Assembly: GCF_009931435.1 (NCBI RefSeq)
Contig: NZ_CP043414.1
Direction: 5' to 3' (one strand)
DNA: 64,000 bases
Origin: Escherichia coli
GTDB taxonomy: Bacteria > Pseudomonadota > Gammaproteobacteria > Enterobacterales > Enterobacteriaceae
Both the position numbers and the translations under genes were made by a program. This document shows positions 21,801-32,816 of this stretch, one piece after another. The stretch's first letter is position 1; each line of letters opens with the position of its first letter. The notes below the pieces were generated by a model that searched no databases, was not told the origin of the DNA, and saw only the letters and a program-made list of their open reading frames with translations.

Positions 21801-23134
21801 TTCGAGGCATTGCCTTTGTTATCGTAGGCAACTGCTGAAATCGCATAATAATTGTCTTTGCCTGGACGGTAAGCCGGGAGCGTTACTTGCCACTGACTAC
21901 CCTGACCGGTAATTTTGCCACCTTCAGCCAGTAATGACGGCGCTTCCCACTGCACATTTTTCAGTCCGTGAGTTGCTTTGCTGACCACAAGCCCCAGGGA
22001 AACCGTCTGACCGCCCTTGCCTTCAATACGCTCAGGCAGAGCAATACGGATCACTTCAGATTTGCGGTACTCAAGAACGATGTTGTTATTACGCTCAACC
22101 AGGTCATAGCGGCTGCCTGCCAGCATTCGACGCTCGCGAATGCTGTCTGTATCGAGTTGTTTTTGCAGAGGTTCGCCAATTCGGTAGTTAACTTCCAGGC
22201 CAAAGCGAGTGTCATTCTCACCACTCTTGCCCTGCTTATGCCCGGCGCTCAGTGTCAGAAGAGGCACTGGTGTATAGGTTACCTCGGCAGAAATAGCATG
22301 CGGGTCTTTCTGGCGTTTATCTTTACCAAACAGCCCGACTTCATCGCCATAATACTGCTCATACATCAGGCTTGCGCCAAGCTGCGGCCAGGCAGGTAAA
22401 TAGCCCTCAGCACGAATATCCCAGCCATTCGCCGGGCGTTCCTGATAATCCTCAACATCCGGCGATTTTTTCCAGCCAGAAGCCCGGATATAACCATTGG
22501 CGCTCAGTTTCAAATAATCACGCCAGTATTCCGCACCAACACCAATGCGGGTATGACTACGGGATAAATCATGATCGATAAAAGTATTCACCCCCGCCAT
22601 CCAGTCATTTCCTGAAAAATGACGCCAGCCAAAACCAATATTTGACTGAGTACGATCGTCGGTACGATGTATTGCCCCCTGAGTGAACAACATATTTGTC
22701 GGCGTGTCATAAATCGGATAAAGCATTTCCAGCGAAGAATCCTTCAGCGAGAAATCTTTATCGACATTCAGTTTGACGCGCGCTGTACCATATTTCCCGA
22801 GCCACTCCTGTATTTCCTGGTTAGCTTTAGCGGTGGCCATTCCGGTAATAAAATTACGTGTCGCATCGCTATCTGGCTGACTGCTTAAAAATGTCCCGGC
22901 ATTCGCGGCAAGCGACGCGACATTTTTCTCCACGTTATTATCAGCAGTTACCGTAGTATTTTCCATGCTCAATCGTGGCTGAACCGCATGCTGCGCATGT
23001 GCCGCCATTACTGGGGTAAAAGTGACTGCGAGTGGGAAAAGAACCTGAACAGAGATATTTGCCCACGCCACGCAGCGGGCCAGAACTGAATAACGAAATC
23101 GTGGTTGTTTATGACCTGTTTTATAACGTGACAT
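18881..23134 (-). CDS. fdeC: intimin/invasin-family adhesin FdeC (EaeH), full length
   Basis: 1417-aa ORF with signal peptide, N-terminal beta-barrel-like region and long Thr/Val/Ala-rich Ig-like repeat region; position matches eaeH. Confidence 0.9.
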   Translation of the reverse strand: MSRYKTGHKQPRFRYSVLARCVAWANISVQVLFPLAVTFTPVMAAHAQHAVQPRLSMENTTVTADNNVEKNVASLAANAGTFLSSQPDSDATRNFITGMATAKANQEIQEWLGKYGTARVKLNVDKDFSLKDSSLEMLYPIYDTPTNMLFTQGAIHRTDDRTQSNIGFGWRHFSGNDWMAGVNTFIDHDLSRSHTRIGVGAEYWRDYLKLSANGYIRASGWKKSPDVEDYQERPANGWDIRAEGYLPAWPQLGASLMYEQYYGDEVGLFGKDKRQKDPHAISAEVTYTPVPLLTLSAGHKQGKSGENDTRFGLEVNYRIGEPLQKQLDTDSIRERRMLAGSRYDLVERNNNIVLEYRKSEVIRIALPERIEGKGGQTVSLGLVVSKATHGLKNVQWEAPSLLAEGGKITGQGSQWQVTLPAYRPGKDNYYAISAVAYDNKGNASKRVQTEVVISGAGMSADRTALTLDGQSRIQMLANGNEQKPLVLSLRDAEGQPVKGMKDQIKTELSFKPAGNIVTRTLKATKSQAKPTLGEFTETEAGVYQSVFTTGTQSGEATITVSVDGMSKTVTAELRATMMDVANSTLSANEPSGDVVADGQQAYTLTLTAVDSEGNPVTGEASRLRLVPQDTNGVTVGAISEIKPGVYSATVSSTRAGNVVVRAFSEQYQLGTLQQTLKFVAGPLDAAHSSITLNPDKPVVGGTLTAIWTAKDANDNPVTGLNPDAPSLSGAAAAGSTASGWTNNGDGTWTAQITLGSTAGELEVMPKLNGQDAAANAAKVTVVADALSSGQSTVSVAADRVKAGESTTVTLVAKDAHGNAISGLSLSASLTGTASEGATISSWTEKGDGSYVATLTTGGKTGELRVMPLFNGQPAATEAAQLTVIAGEMSSANSTLVADNKTPTVKTTTELTFTVKDAYGNPVSNLKLDAPVFSGAASTGSERPSAGNWTEKGNGVYVATLTLGSAAGQLSVMPRVNGQNAVAQPLVLNVAGDASRAVISDMAVKVNNQLANGQSANQVTLTVVDSYGNPLQGQEVTLTLPQGVTSKTGNTVTTNAAGKADIELISTVAGELEIAAAVKNSQKTVTVKFNADASTGQANLQVDTAVQKVANGKDAFTLTATVEDKNGNPVPGTLVTFNLPRGVKPLTGDNVWVKANDEGKAELQVVSVTAGTYEITASAGNSQPSNTQTITFVADKATATVSSIEVIGNYALADGKAKQTYKVTVTDANKNLVKDSEVTLTASPASLNLEPNGTATTNEQGQAIFTATTTVAATYTLTAQVSQNNGQVSTKTAEAKFVADDKNAQLTASSNVPSLVADGKSTAKLEVTLMSANNPVGGNMWVDIQTPEGVTEKDYQFLPSKNDHFVSGKITRTFSTSKPGVYTFTFNALTYGGYEMKPVTVTITAVDANTATGEEAMK

Positions 23135-23684
23135 TGAGATAATTTCCTGATGAACGAATTAACGAACATAGGCAGACACAAATAATGGTGTCTGCTTGTC
23201 AGAAAAACCGGGGATTTCCCGGTTTCCTTTTCCGCAGAAAAGGAAATACCTTTATGTAAGAAAGTACACCGCCACCTAATATATCCAGTGCCTGTAGCCA
23301 CTCATCAGGTGGTTGGGCGCGGGATTATATTTTTATTTATGGGTGAGAATTTAGCTTTTTGTGCAAACCATTAAATAGATACCTAAGTTATATTTCTTAC
23401 TCTGCGGACAGTGAATAATTCATTATTCAGAGTGAATAATAATGACCTACCTTTAATTAGCAACTATCGGAAATACGTCGAAGTAGGTATATACGCCAGG
23501 ATAAACCGATATATTTTTTATGGATATTCATTTTCCTTCATCAGACTGTGAATTGCAGGGATATCGAACTTGCACGACTCATCGCAACACTCAAACAGAT
23601 TTATGAATTTCGTTCATAACCCCTGACAAATCCTGCCGTCTAATCGCGTGACTCCCTTTACGTTATGCTTCTCATGAACGATAA

Positions 23685-24275
<591 letters not shown>

Positions 24276-24467
24276 GCGATTATGCATCTACCTATTTACG
24301 TCGGTCACTCAGTCAGAGTCTTGCCCATATTCAATGAGGTTCAACACCGCAGCCAATGAAAAGTAGGCCATGCGGGGATTAATAGCATTACTCATTAATC
24401 AATCGCTCTTTTCATTTACGTGCTCTTTATGTAACATATTGCTTTTATTGATCTTCCTGGAGTTTGC

Positions 24468-24824
24468 ATGAATAAGAATCTCATCCTCGCATTTGCATTA
24501 TTTTCCTTACCTGTATTTGCAGAAGAAGATCTGGGGCCAGGCAAATATGTTTGTGACATTAGGATTTCCAGCCTGGATACCGCTACTCAAATTCTGTCAA
24601 AATCCGCAACAGTTCTCGATAATGGAAACAATTTCATCGTTCAAATGCCAAATGGAGATCAATTGTACTCTCCAGATCTGGAAAATGTTGATGATGGTAT
24701 AAAACAAAAAGCAACAATAGGTGGAGTGACATTTATTCGTCGTCCAACTTTTAACGATCGCTTCATCGTGGAAGATGGAAATACAGGATTCTTCTATAAG
24801 ATGCGAAACTGCGAGAAGAAATAA
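24468..24824 (+). CDS. hypothetical secreted protein (118 aa, two Cys)
   Basis: N-terminal signal peptide MNKNLILAFALFSLPVFA; no family recognised. Confidence 0.55.
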   Translation: MNKNLILAFALFSLPVFAEEDLGPGKYVCDIRISSLDTATQILSKSATVLDNGNNFIVQMPNGDQLYSPDLENVDDGIKQKATIGGVTFIRRPTFNDRFIVEDGNTGFFYKMRNCEKK

Positions 24825-25112
24825 AGGAAGTTTGATAGCGATATCCTCCTGATTTTCAGGCTTTGTACCTGTTCAAGACTTACAACTACAAGCCGCTACG
24901 TGTTAACGCCTCCCAAAATAACCACCGTTAACCGTAGCGGTCATAGATACTATTATTTTAGCCACATTACTGGTGATAATGATAATTGATATTATGGCCG
25001 TATAGAAAATAAGCATTAATTATCAGAAAGTTTATTATGTAAACGCGTCCTAATGATTACGTTATTCCTCTTACCGATATTCGCCCAGAGCAACCATCAA
25101 TTACACATATCA

Positions 25113-26039
25113 TCAATTTTCGAGTTTTACTCTTTTCTCCACCATAAAATCAATAAAAGCACGAACTTTAGAGGGCATTCTCACCCGTGATGAAACATAA
25201 ATATAAAATCCAGGAAATGAAACAGCCCAATCCTCAAGAATCGGCTGTAACTTGCCCGCATTGATATGTTCAGCGATTGCAAAATCCAGATGTTGAATGA
25301 TACCCGTTCCATTCAGCGCCATTCGTATCATGCTTTCGTCATCATTAGAAATATACTTACCTGAAACCTCTATTTCGAACTCTTCATTACCCCCCACAAC
25401 ATTAGAAAACTCCCATGCAGAGAGTGCACCGCTACTTTTATGCCGCAACCGAAGGCAATTATGGTTACTCAGTTCCTGAGGCGTTTCAGGAATACCGTGT
25501 TCTTTTAAATAATCTGGCGATGCCACAGTAACCAGTTTAATAAGCGGAGAAACAGGAACGGCAGTCATATGCTCATCCAGTCCTTGCTCAAGACGTATGC
25601 CCACATCACAGCCGTCCGCAATAATGTTAGATAAACCGTCATCCATAATGAGTTCTATCTTTGTTTTGGGGTAACGAGTAAGAAACTCGCCAATATGAGG
25701 CTCAACAAGCATCCGTGCTGCAACACGGGAGGAATTTATTCTCAACAGGCCTGTAGGTTCAAGTTGGGTATCACCAACATCTTTCAAAGCATCATCAATT
25801 TGCCCCAAAGCCGACACCAGCACTTCATACAGACGCTGTCCTTCCTCAGTAAGCGACATATTGCGGGTCGTACGGTATATCAGCTTGGTGTTAAGACGTT
25901 CCTCAAGAGATTTTAAATTCTGGGACAATGCGGCCCGCGTAATACCCATTTCAGAAGCGGCTCTGGAAAAACTGCCGGCACGAACAATCAGCGCAAACCA
26001 GGCAAGAGAAGGCAAAATTGAAGGCTCTATTTTCATCAT
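25113..26039 (-). CDS. LysR-family transcriptional regulator
   Basis: LysR HTH (GSFSRAASEMGITRAALSQNLKSLEERL); probable start at MMKIEPS; divergent from the hydrolase gene. Confidence 0.85.
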   Translation of the reverse strand: MMKIEPSILPSLAWFALIVRAGSFSRAASEMGITRAALSQNLKSLEERLNTKLIYRTTRNMSLTEEGQRLYEVLVSALGQIDDALKDVGDTQLEPTGLLRINSSRVAARMLVEPHIGEFLTRYPKTKIELIMDDGLSNIIADGCDVGIRLEQGLDEHMTAVPVSPLIKLVTVASPDYLKEHGIPETPQELSNHNCLRLRHKSSGALSAWEFSNVVGGNEEFEIEVSGKYISNDDESMIRMALNGTGIIQHLDFAIAEHINAGKLQPILEDWAVSFPGFYIYVSSRVRMPSKVRAFIDFMVEKRVKLEN

Positions 26040-26195
26040 TGTAAACCTTAACTTAACACTGTGATAGATATTAGACCATTGATGATAACCAATACAAGTC
26101 ATACTATTACGCCGTTCTCGATATGAACACAAATGCCAGTTGCGGATAATAGAAATGATATTTAAATCTGTTTAGGCAAATCCCTGGAGCTTGAA

Positions 26196-27116
26196 ATGAA
26201 AACGGTTTCGATAAAACACACTTACTGGGATATAGCTGCTGATATCTATTTCCCTGACGATTTTAATAGTGAAAAAAAGTATCCTGCCATTATCAGTGCC
26301 CATCCAATTGGAAGCTGCAAAGAACAGACATCGGGTAGTGTGTATGGTGCCGCCCTGGCAAAAGCTGGCTTTATCGTCATTGCTTTTGATGCCAGTTTTC
26401 AGGGAAGCAGCGGTGGAGAACCGCGTTATCTGGAAGATCCAACAATGCGAGTAAAAGACTTCAGCATTGTCGTTGATTACCTTACCACCTTACCTTACGT
26501 TGATGCCGGGCGTATTGGTGTACTGGGTATTTGTGGTGGAGGTGGATATGCCATTAATGCCGCAATGACAGAACGTCGGATTAAAGCCATTGGTACTGTC
26601 ACGGGTGCTAACTACGGGCGTCTTATGCGTGAGGGATTTACAGCGTTTAATCCTATCGGAGCACTCGAAGCAATGGCGCAACAAAGAACAGACGAAGCTA
26701 ACGGCGCAAAACTTCGCGTAGATGATTTGCTCCCTTCTTCTCCGGAAGCAGCTCTTGAAGCGGGATTAACAGAAATAGACCTTTTTGAAGCAACAGAATA
26801 TTATCGTTCGCCACGAGGCTGTGCGCCTAATGGGGTAAATCGTTCGCTATTTTCACATCAGACTGTTGCCGTGGGCTGGGATGCTTTTCATCTTGCAGAA
26901 GTCCTGTTAACTCAACCACTAATGGTTGTAGTGGGCGATAGAGTGGGCGCTTTTGGTGCCTATCGTGACGGCTGCGAAATTATTGGTCGTGCAGCCTCAA
27001 AACATAAAGAGTTGGTCGTGGTTGAAGGTTATTCACATTACGACCTGTATGATAAGCCAGAACCTGTGAAACAGGCGCTCGATAAATTAATTCCTTTTTA
27101 CAAAACACATTTGTAA
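26196..27116 (+). CDS. alpha/beta-fold hydrolase, no signal peptide
   Basis: 306-aa ORF with nucleophile-elbow-like LGICGGGGYA; paralogous to the ORF at 45817..46953. Confidence 0.8.
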   Translation: MKTVSIKHTYWDIAADIYFPDDFNSEKKYPAIISAHPIGSCKEQTSGSVYGAALAKAGFIVIAFDASFQGSSGGEPRYLEDPTMRVKDFSIVVDYLTTLPYVDAGRIGVLGICGGGGYAINAAMTERRIKAIGTVTGANYGRLMREGFTAFNPIGALEAMAQQRTDEANGAKLRVDDLLPSSPEAALEAGLTEIDLFEATEYYRSPRGCAPNGVNRSLFSHQTVAVGWDAFHLAEVLLTQPLMVVVGDRVGAFGAYRDGCEIIGRAASKHKELVVVEGYSHYDLYDKPEPVKQALDKLIPFYKTHL

Positions 27117-27288
27117 TAACCTTGCAGGGAGATTCATTATCTCCCTGAGATTTATCCTTTATTGACTACACGACAATAATAAAATTACTCAAAAAGAATT
27201 CTATTAAAGGAAAAAAGCATCAAAAAGTAGCAACTCAACTTATTAAGATTATACGCATTAAAATCAGATAAACATTTGAGGTATTGTT

Positions 27289-28431
27289 ATGATAAATAAA
27301 CACCCATCATTGTTTTCTCCTTTTATGCTGACAGAAAAAATAAAGCTACGTAATCGTATCGTTATGGCCCCTATGACGACCTGGTCAGCTAATCCTGATG
27401 GAACCATCTCTGAGCAAGAACTCGAATTTTATAAACGTCGCTCACAAAATGTTGGTTTAGTAATAACAGGATGCACCTATGTCACGCCAAGCGGCATTGG
27501 GTTTACTCATGAATTTGCCGCATATGACGACCGTTTCATTAACAGCCTTGAAAAGTTAGCTGCTGCAGCCAAAAGTGGCGGTGCTCCGGCTATTTTGCAG
27601 ATTTTCCACGCCGGTAATAAAGCCATCCCGGAGCTTGTGCCAAATTACGATGTTATTAGTGCCAGCGCATCAAGCGTAAAATCTGGTGACTTTATGAAGA
27701 GAGTGGTACAAAGCAGGGAAATGACTGAAAACGAAATTCAGGAAACCATTAGAGCATTCGGAGATGTCACAAAAAGGGCGATTAAAGCAGGTTTTGATGG
27801 CGTTGAACTTCATGGTGCGCACGGATTCCTTCTGCAGAATTTCTTCTCCCCTCTATTTAACCAGCGTAATGACCGATGGGGAGGAGATCTTGAAGGACGT
27901 ATGCGCTTCCCGCTGGCCGTATTACAGGAAGTAAAAAATGTAGTCTATGAATATGCGAAAAAGCCCTTTGCCATCGGTTACAGAATATCTCCTGAAGAAT
28001 CTGTAACAGGGGGGCTGCGGATAGAGGATACTTATAAACTCCTTGATCGGCTCATTTCATCCGGTATTTCGTATATACATACCTCGCTGGTCAGTATTAA
28101 CGATAGCTACCCTGTTGAGTCGCCAAATGGCCCCCGAACTATTGAATTGATTTTAAATCATATTGCAGGCAGAGTGCCGGTAATCGCCGCAGGTAAAATA
28201 CGCACACCTTCTCAGGCTCAAGAAGCAATTTCCGCTGGCCTGCCACTTGTTGCGATCGGTAAAGGGCTGGTGATAAATCCAGAATGGGTGACTTTAGCTG
28301 AATCAGGTAGAAGTCATGAAATTCAAACAGCCCTTAATCCACAACGCGTTCCTGAATTAACCATTCCGGATAAACTATGGGATCAAATTCAGGCATCGAA
28401 AGGAACTGGCTGGTTTCCGTTAATGGATTAA
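27289..28431 (+). CDS. NADH:flavin oxidoreductase (Old Yellow Enzyme family)
   Basis: 380-aa ORF; N-terminal LRNRIVMAPMTT and HGAHGFLLQNFFSP motifs typical of OYE/NemA-like enzymes. Confidence 0.85.
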   Translation: MINKHPSLFSPFMLTEKIKLRNRIVMAPMTTWSANPDGTISEQELEFYKRRSQNVGLVITGCTYVTPSGIGFTHEFAAYDDRFINSLEKLAAAAKSGGAPAILQIFHAGNKAIPELVPNYDVISASASSVKSGDFMKRVVQSREMTENEIQETIRAFGDVTKRAIKAGFDGVELHGAHGFLLQNFFSPLFNQRNDRWGGDLEGRMRFPLAVLQEVKNVVYEYAKKPFAIGYRISPEESVTGGLRIEDTYKLLDRLISSGISYIHTSLVSINDSYPVESPNGPRTIELILNHIAGRVPVIAAGKIRTPSQAQEAISAGLPLVAIGKGLVINPEWVTLAESGRSHEIQTALNPQRVPELTIPDKLWDQIQASKGTGWFPLMD

Positions 28432-28903
28432 ATATCTATTACTCTCCCGAGAGTAAAACTATCAAACCAATGAGTAACCGATACAGCCTCGCAAATTCTT
28501 TCAGATAATTAACCCGTCACTGCGGCACGTTCTCTCATAAGGCGTGCCTGCTGTGTAATCCAGTATGTATCCGGCATACTTGACGGTTTAATAGAACTCA
28601 ATTCCTTTCCCAGGTAACCAACAACGATATCTTGTATAACACCCCAGGAGATACGACATTATGATGAGATGAGGTATGCTCCTCAGCGCCAATCAACGCC
28701 AGGGCTGGGCCAGTTTTGAGATCAGACTCATTCCCGGACTGACTTCAGGCGACATATATCAATGACGTTGGGGCAATAAAAGATAGCCGATGTAATACAT
28801 CTATTCAAATTTGTGATACATGTCAAAAAATTGGTTGACCAAACTCGTTATTTATATAAGGGCACTTACGAAGTGCACTCTTTTTTAAAGCGAGGAAGTA
28901 CCA

Positions 28904-29005
28904 ATGAAAGAGAATAAAGTACAGCAAATCAGTCATAAACTGATTAATATCGTTGTTTTTGTCGCAATTGTAGAATACGCCTATTTATTTCTCCATTTCT
29001 ATTAA
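28904..29005 (+). CDS. ykgR: 33-aa hydrophobic small protein (likely YkgR by synteny)
   Basis: ATG at 28904 preceded by GAGGAAG; MKENKVQQISHKLINIVVFVAIVEYAYLFLHFY has a single TM-like segment; lies just upstream of ykgM. Confidence 0.5.
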   Translation: MKENKVQQISHKLINIVVFVAIVEYAYLFLHFY

Positions 29006-29047
29006 TAACGGCAATAAACTGTTCACTTCAGTGATATTTAAAATATG
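28940..29047 (+). repeat. dispersed repeat, copy A (second copy at 48263..48369, about 94% identical)
   Basis: By-eye alignment of about 108 nt shows roughly 6 mismatches and 1 indel. Confidence 0.7.
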
Positions 29048-29340
29048 CATCCTCTCCCTTTTTTTTAAGTGATTATTATATCCGTGGGAGAGGAATACAC
29101 GCTATCAGGTAATCAATCAAACTGCGATAAATCATCGGCCAGTAAAGTGGAGATAGCCTCCATTCTCGAAAAATTCATACTCTCAGCGAAACCATCATCA
29201 ATCACTCATCCAGGCGTTTATGGGAGCGTCGCCAATGGCTGCTAACAATGCCAGACTTCCCCGTTGCCGAAATTCCACATACCACAAATGGTCACAGGGA
29301 TTGGGTGTTGAAATGATCCGGATGAGCATGTATCTTTACG

Positions 29341-29358
29341 GTTATGTTATAACATAAC
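29341..29358. promoter_or_regulatory. Zur box upstream of ykgM
   Basis: Perfect 18-bp palindrome GTTATGTTATAACATAAC centred 17 bp upstream of the ykgM start; resembles the Zur operator. Confidence 0.7.
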
Positions 29359-29366
29359 AGGTAAAA

Positions 29367-29633
29367 ATGATGAAACCCAATATCCATCCTGAGTATCGTA
29401 CTGTGGTGTTCCACGACACCAGCGTTGATGAGTACTTTAAAATCGGCTCGACTATCAAAACAGACCGTGAGATTGAGCTGGATGGCGTAACGTATCCGTA
29501 CGTAACAATTGATGTCTCTTCGAAATCGCACCCGTTCTATACAGGGAAGCTGAGAACAGTGGCATCAGAAGGAAATGTTGCACGGTTCACCCAACGTTTT
29601 GGTCGTTTTGTTAGCACGAAAAAGGGGGCGTGA
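29367..29633 (+). CDS. ykgM: ribosomal protein L31 paralog (type B, zinc-independent)
   Basis: 88-aa [22 protein letters not shown]... with L31 signature and no CxxC zinc ribbon. Confidence 0.92.
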
Positions 29634-29773
29634 TGAAAGTCCTTAACTCTCTGCGTACCGCAAAAGAACGCCATCCAGACTGTCAGATTGTGAAGCGAAA
29701 AGGACGGCTGTATGTGATTTGTAAATCTAATCCACGTTTTAAGGCCGTTCAGGGGCGTAAGAAAAAGCGTTGA
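29633..29773 (+). CDS. ykgO: ribosomal protein L36 paralog
   Basis: Not in the track (below size cutoff). ATG overlaps the ykgM stop (TGATG); translates to [46 protein letters not shown], 46 aa. Confidence 0.88.
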   Translation: MKVLNSLRTAKERHPDCQIVKRKGRLYVICKSNPRFKAVQGRKKKR

Positions 29774-29807
29774 TTCATAATTCGCCGGATTAACGATATT
29801 TGTCTGA

Positions 29808-30035
29808 TTAATAATCAGACCGGATTAATGTTGGTGTATTGATTACACCAACATTAATTTTCCTGGAAATATATTCTTTAAGTTCATTTAAAGCCAACTG
29901 CCTGACGTTTCTCTCCGAATATTCCATTATATTAATGTTGATTTGTTGACCAACTTCGCCCCTGTATGCTGGTATCAACTCTCTTTTAGACTGAACAAGC
30001 CACTCCGCCCCCTCCCTTTGCGGAGCAGCCTGCAT
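29808..30035 (-). CDS. hypothetical 75-aa protein (ykgL-like by position)
   Basis: Track ORF only; overlaps the ykgMO terminator hairpin, so it may be spurious. Confidence 0.3.
   Translation of the reverse strand: MQAAPQREGAEWLVQSKRELIPAYRGEVGQQININIMEYSERNVRQLALNELKEYISRKINVGVINTPTLIRSDY
29824..29858 (+). terminator. ykgMO terminator hairpin
   Basis: ATTAATGTTGGTGTA-TTGAT-TACACCAACATTAAT, a perfect 15-bp inverted repeat followed by TTTTCC. Confidence 0.5.
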
Positions 30036-30791
30036 TTACACTCAAACTGTTAAGATGATAAATGTGGTAAATCTGTTGGTACTAACATAAAAACGTTTAC
30101 GCCACAGGAACAGCCTGATCCACCGGTAACCCCATCGCCGACGTTCGAGTGCCAGTTAGAGTAACGCGCACAGATGACTGCACGCAGTGCCCTGTCAAAG
30201 AGGCCATCGTTCCTGTGACAGCTGGCAGCCTTCGTTTAACTTCACTTAATTTGGCTCTTGGGGGGGCTTACCGAACAGATGACGTAGTCACACCTATTCA
30301 ATTTTTCACCACTTATTGGAGTAAACACCCATAACCATTTTGTGCGGCATGTTAATCCATTAAAACACCTTATTTATTGTCAAATCTTCTTTAATGATGG
30401 TCAATAATAGTTTTATGTTCTATTTATTATCATTAAAACTTGTTTTTTTACTAGTCGAGCACAAAACGCATTAAGACTATTCCTAACACCTCAGGGCAAA
30501 GTTCCTGGCTAATATAAAATGCAAGTAAGAATTGAACGTTATATTGCCAATAACCTTATGAAACTGAATGTCTTTTTCTTCTTATCAAAAAAGCAATATT
30601 TTCATTTTTAGTAAATATTGACTTAACCATGGAATTCCTTTTCTGTTCACATATTGACACTCATCAGGAAAAAAACATAAATTTAAGCCCAATCGAAAAT
30701 AATTAAAACTTAATCTCGTTTAACCTATATTGATATGTGCTACGTATCTTATTTACTTCCGATTTACTAACAACACTGAATGTACTTGTAA

Positions 30792-31403
<612 letters not shown>

Positions 31404-31477
31404 ACTCCAGGCAAGTTAGTTTTAAAAAATGACTCACAGGGACATCATGTCCTCAATTTAACTCGGGAAGAAAAGCA

Positions 31478-32065
31478 ATGAAAAAAAAGGTTCTGGCAAT
31501 AGCTCTGGTAACGGTGTTTACCGGCATGGGTGTGGCGCAGGCTGCTGACGTAACAGCTCAGGCTGTAGCGACATGGTCGGCAACAGCCAAAAAAGACACC
31601 ACCAGTAAACTGGTGGTGACGCCACTCGGTAGCCTGGCGTTCCAGTATGCCGAAGGCATTAAAGGCTTTAACTCACAGAAAGGTCTATTTGACGTGGCTA
31701 TTGAGGGTGACTCAACGGCTACCGCCTTTAAACTGACCTCACGTCTTATCACCAACACCTTAACCCAGTTGGATACCTCAGGTTCCACACTGAATGTGGG
31801 CGTGGATTATAACGGCGCGGCAGTCGAAAAAACTGGCGATACCGTGATGATCGATACCGCCAACGGCGTACTGGGCGGCAACCTTAGCCCGCTGGCTAAC
31901 GGTTACAATGCCAGCAATCGTACCACCGCACAGGATGGTTTCACCTTCTCCATCATCAGCGGTACCACCAATGGTACCACCGCAGTAACCGATTACAGCA
32001 CTCTACCGGAAGGCATCTGGAGCGGCGACGTTAGCGTACAGTTCGACGCGACCTGGACCAGTTAA
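31478..32065 (+). CDS. ecpA: E. coli common pilus major subunit EcpA (MatB)
   Basis: 195-aa ORF with signal peptide [22 protein letters not shown]. Confidence 0.93.
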   Translation: MKKKVLAIALVTVFTGMGVAQAADVTAQAVATWSATAKKDTTSKLVVTPLGSLAFQYAEGIKGFNSQKGLFDVAIEGDSTATAFKLTSRLITNTLTQLDTSGSTLNVGVDYNGAAVEKTGDTVMIDTANGVLGGNLSPLANGYNASNRTTAQDGFTFSIISGTTNGTTAVTDYSTLPEGIWSGDVSVQFDATWTS

Positions 32066-32122
32066 TCTCTCTGATGTACCAGCAGGGGTAGCCCCCCTGC
32101 TTTATTCCTGGACGGAATTGTT

Positions 32123-32791
32123 ATGAAAAAGCACCTTCTGCCTCTCGCTCTGCTGTTTGCCGGAATATCTCCGGCCCATGCGCTGGATGTCGGCGATATA
32201 TCATCGTTTATGAACAGTGACAGCAGCACGCTGAGCAAAACAATCAAAAACAGTACCGACAGTGGTCGCCTCATCAATATCCGTCTCGAACGGCTCTCTT
32301 CACCGCTTGACGACGGGCAGGTTATCGCAATGGACAAGCCGGATGAGTTGCTACTCACTCCCGCCAGCTTGCTGCTACCCGCCCAAGCCAGCGAAGTGAT
32401 CCGCTTCTTCTATAAGGGACCAGTAGATAAAAAAGAGCGCTACTACCGCATTGTCTGGTTTGATCAGGCCCTCAGTGATGCGCAGCGCGATAATGCCAAC
32501 CGCAGCGCTGTGGCCACTGCTTCCGCCCGCATCGGCACCATTCTGGTCGTCGCCCCCCGCCAGGCGAACTACCGCTTTCAGTACGCCAACGGCTCCCTGA
32601 CAAATACAGGAAATGCGACGCTGCGGATCCTCGCCTACGGCCCCTGCCTGAAAGCCGCCAATGGTAAGGAGTGTAAAGAGAACTACTACCTGATGCCGGG
32701 CAAGTCGCGTCGTTTTACCCGCGTGGACACGGCGGATAACAAAGGACGGGTTGCACTTTGGCAGGGTGATAAGTTCATTCCCGTGAAATAG
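32123..32791 (+). CDS. ecpB: ECP chaperone EcpB
   Basis: 222-aa ORF with signal peptide; operon position. Confidence 0.9.
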   Translation: MKKHLLPLALLFAGISPAHALDVGDISSFMNSDSSTLSKTIKNSTDSGRLINIRLERLSSPLDDGQVIAMDKPDELLLTPASLLLPAQASEVIRFFYKGPVDKKERYYRIVWFDQALSDAQRDNANRSAVATASARIGTILVVAPRQANYRFQYANGSLTNTGNATLRILAYGPCLKAANGKECKENYYLMPGKSRRFTRVDTADNKGRVALWQGDKFIPVK

Positions 32792-32816
32792 ATAGCTGTG
32801 CAGATGGATAACGACA

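Noticed and set aside
19305-22399. Several plus-strand ORFs (68-150 aa) inside fdeC
   Set aside because: All antisense to the 1417-codon fdeC ORF; repeat-rich coding DNA commonly yields open antisense frames.
28904-29005. ykgR-like peptide as a type I toxin with antisense RNA
   Set aside because: No convincing antisense promoter or terminator pair seen; the peptide lacks the charged C-terminus typical of Hok/Ldr/Ibs-type toxins; better explained as a small membrane protein.
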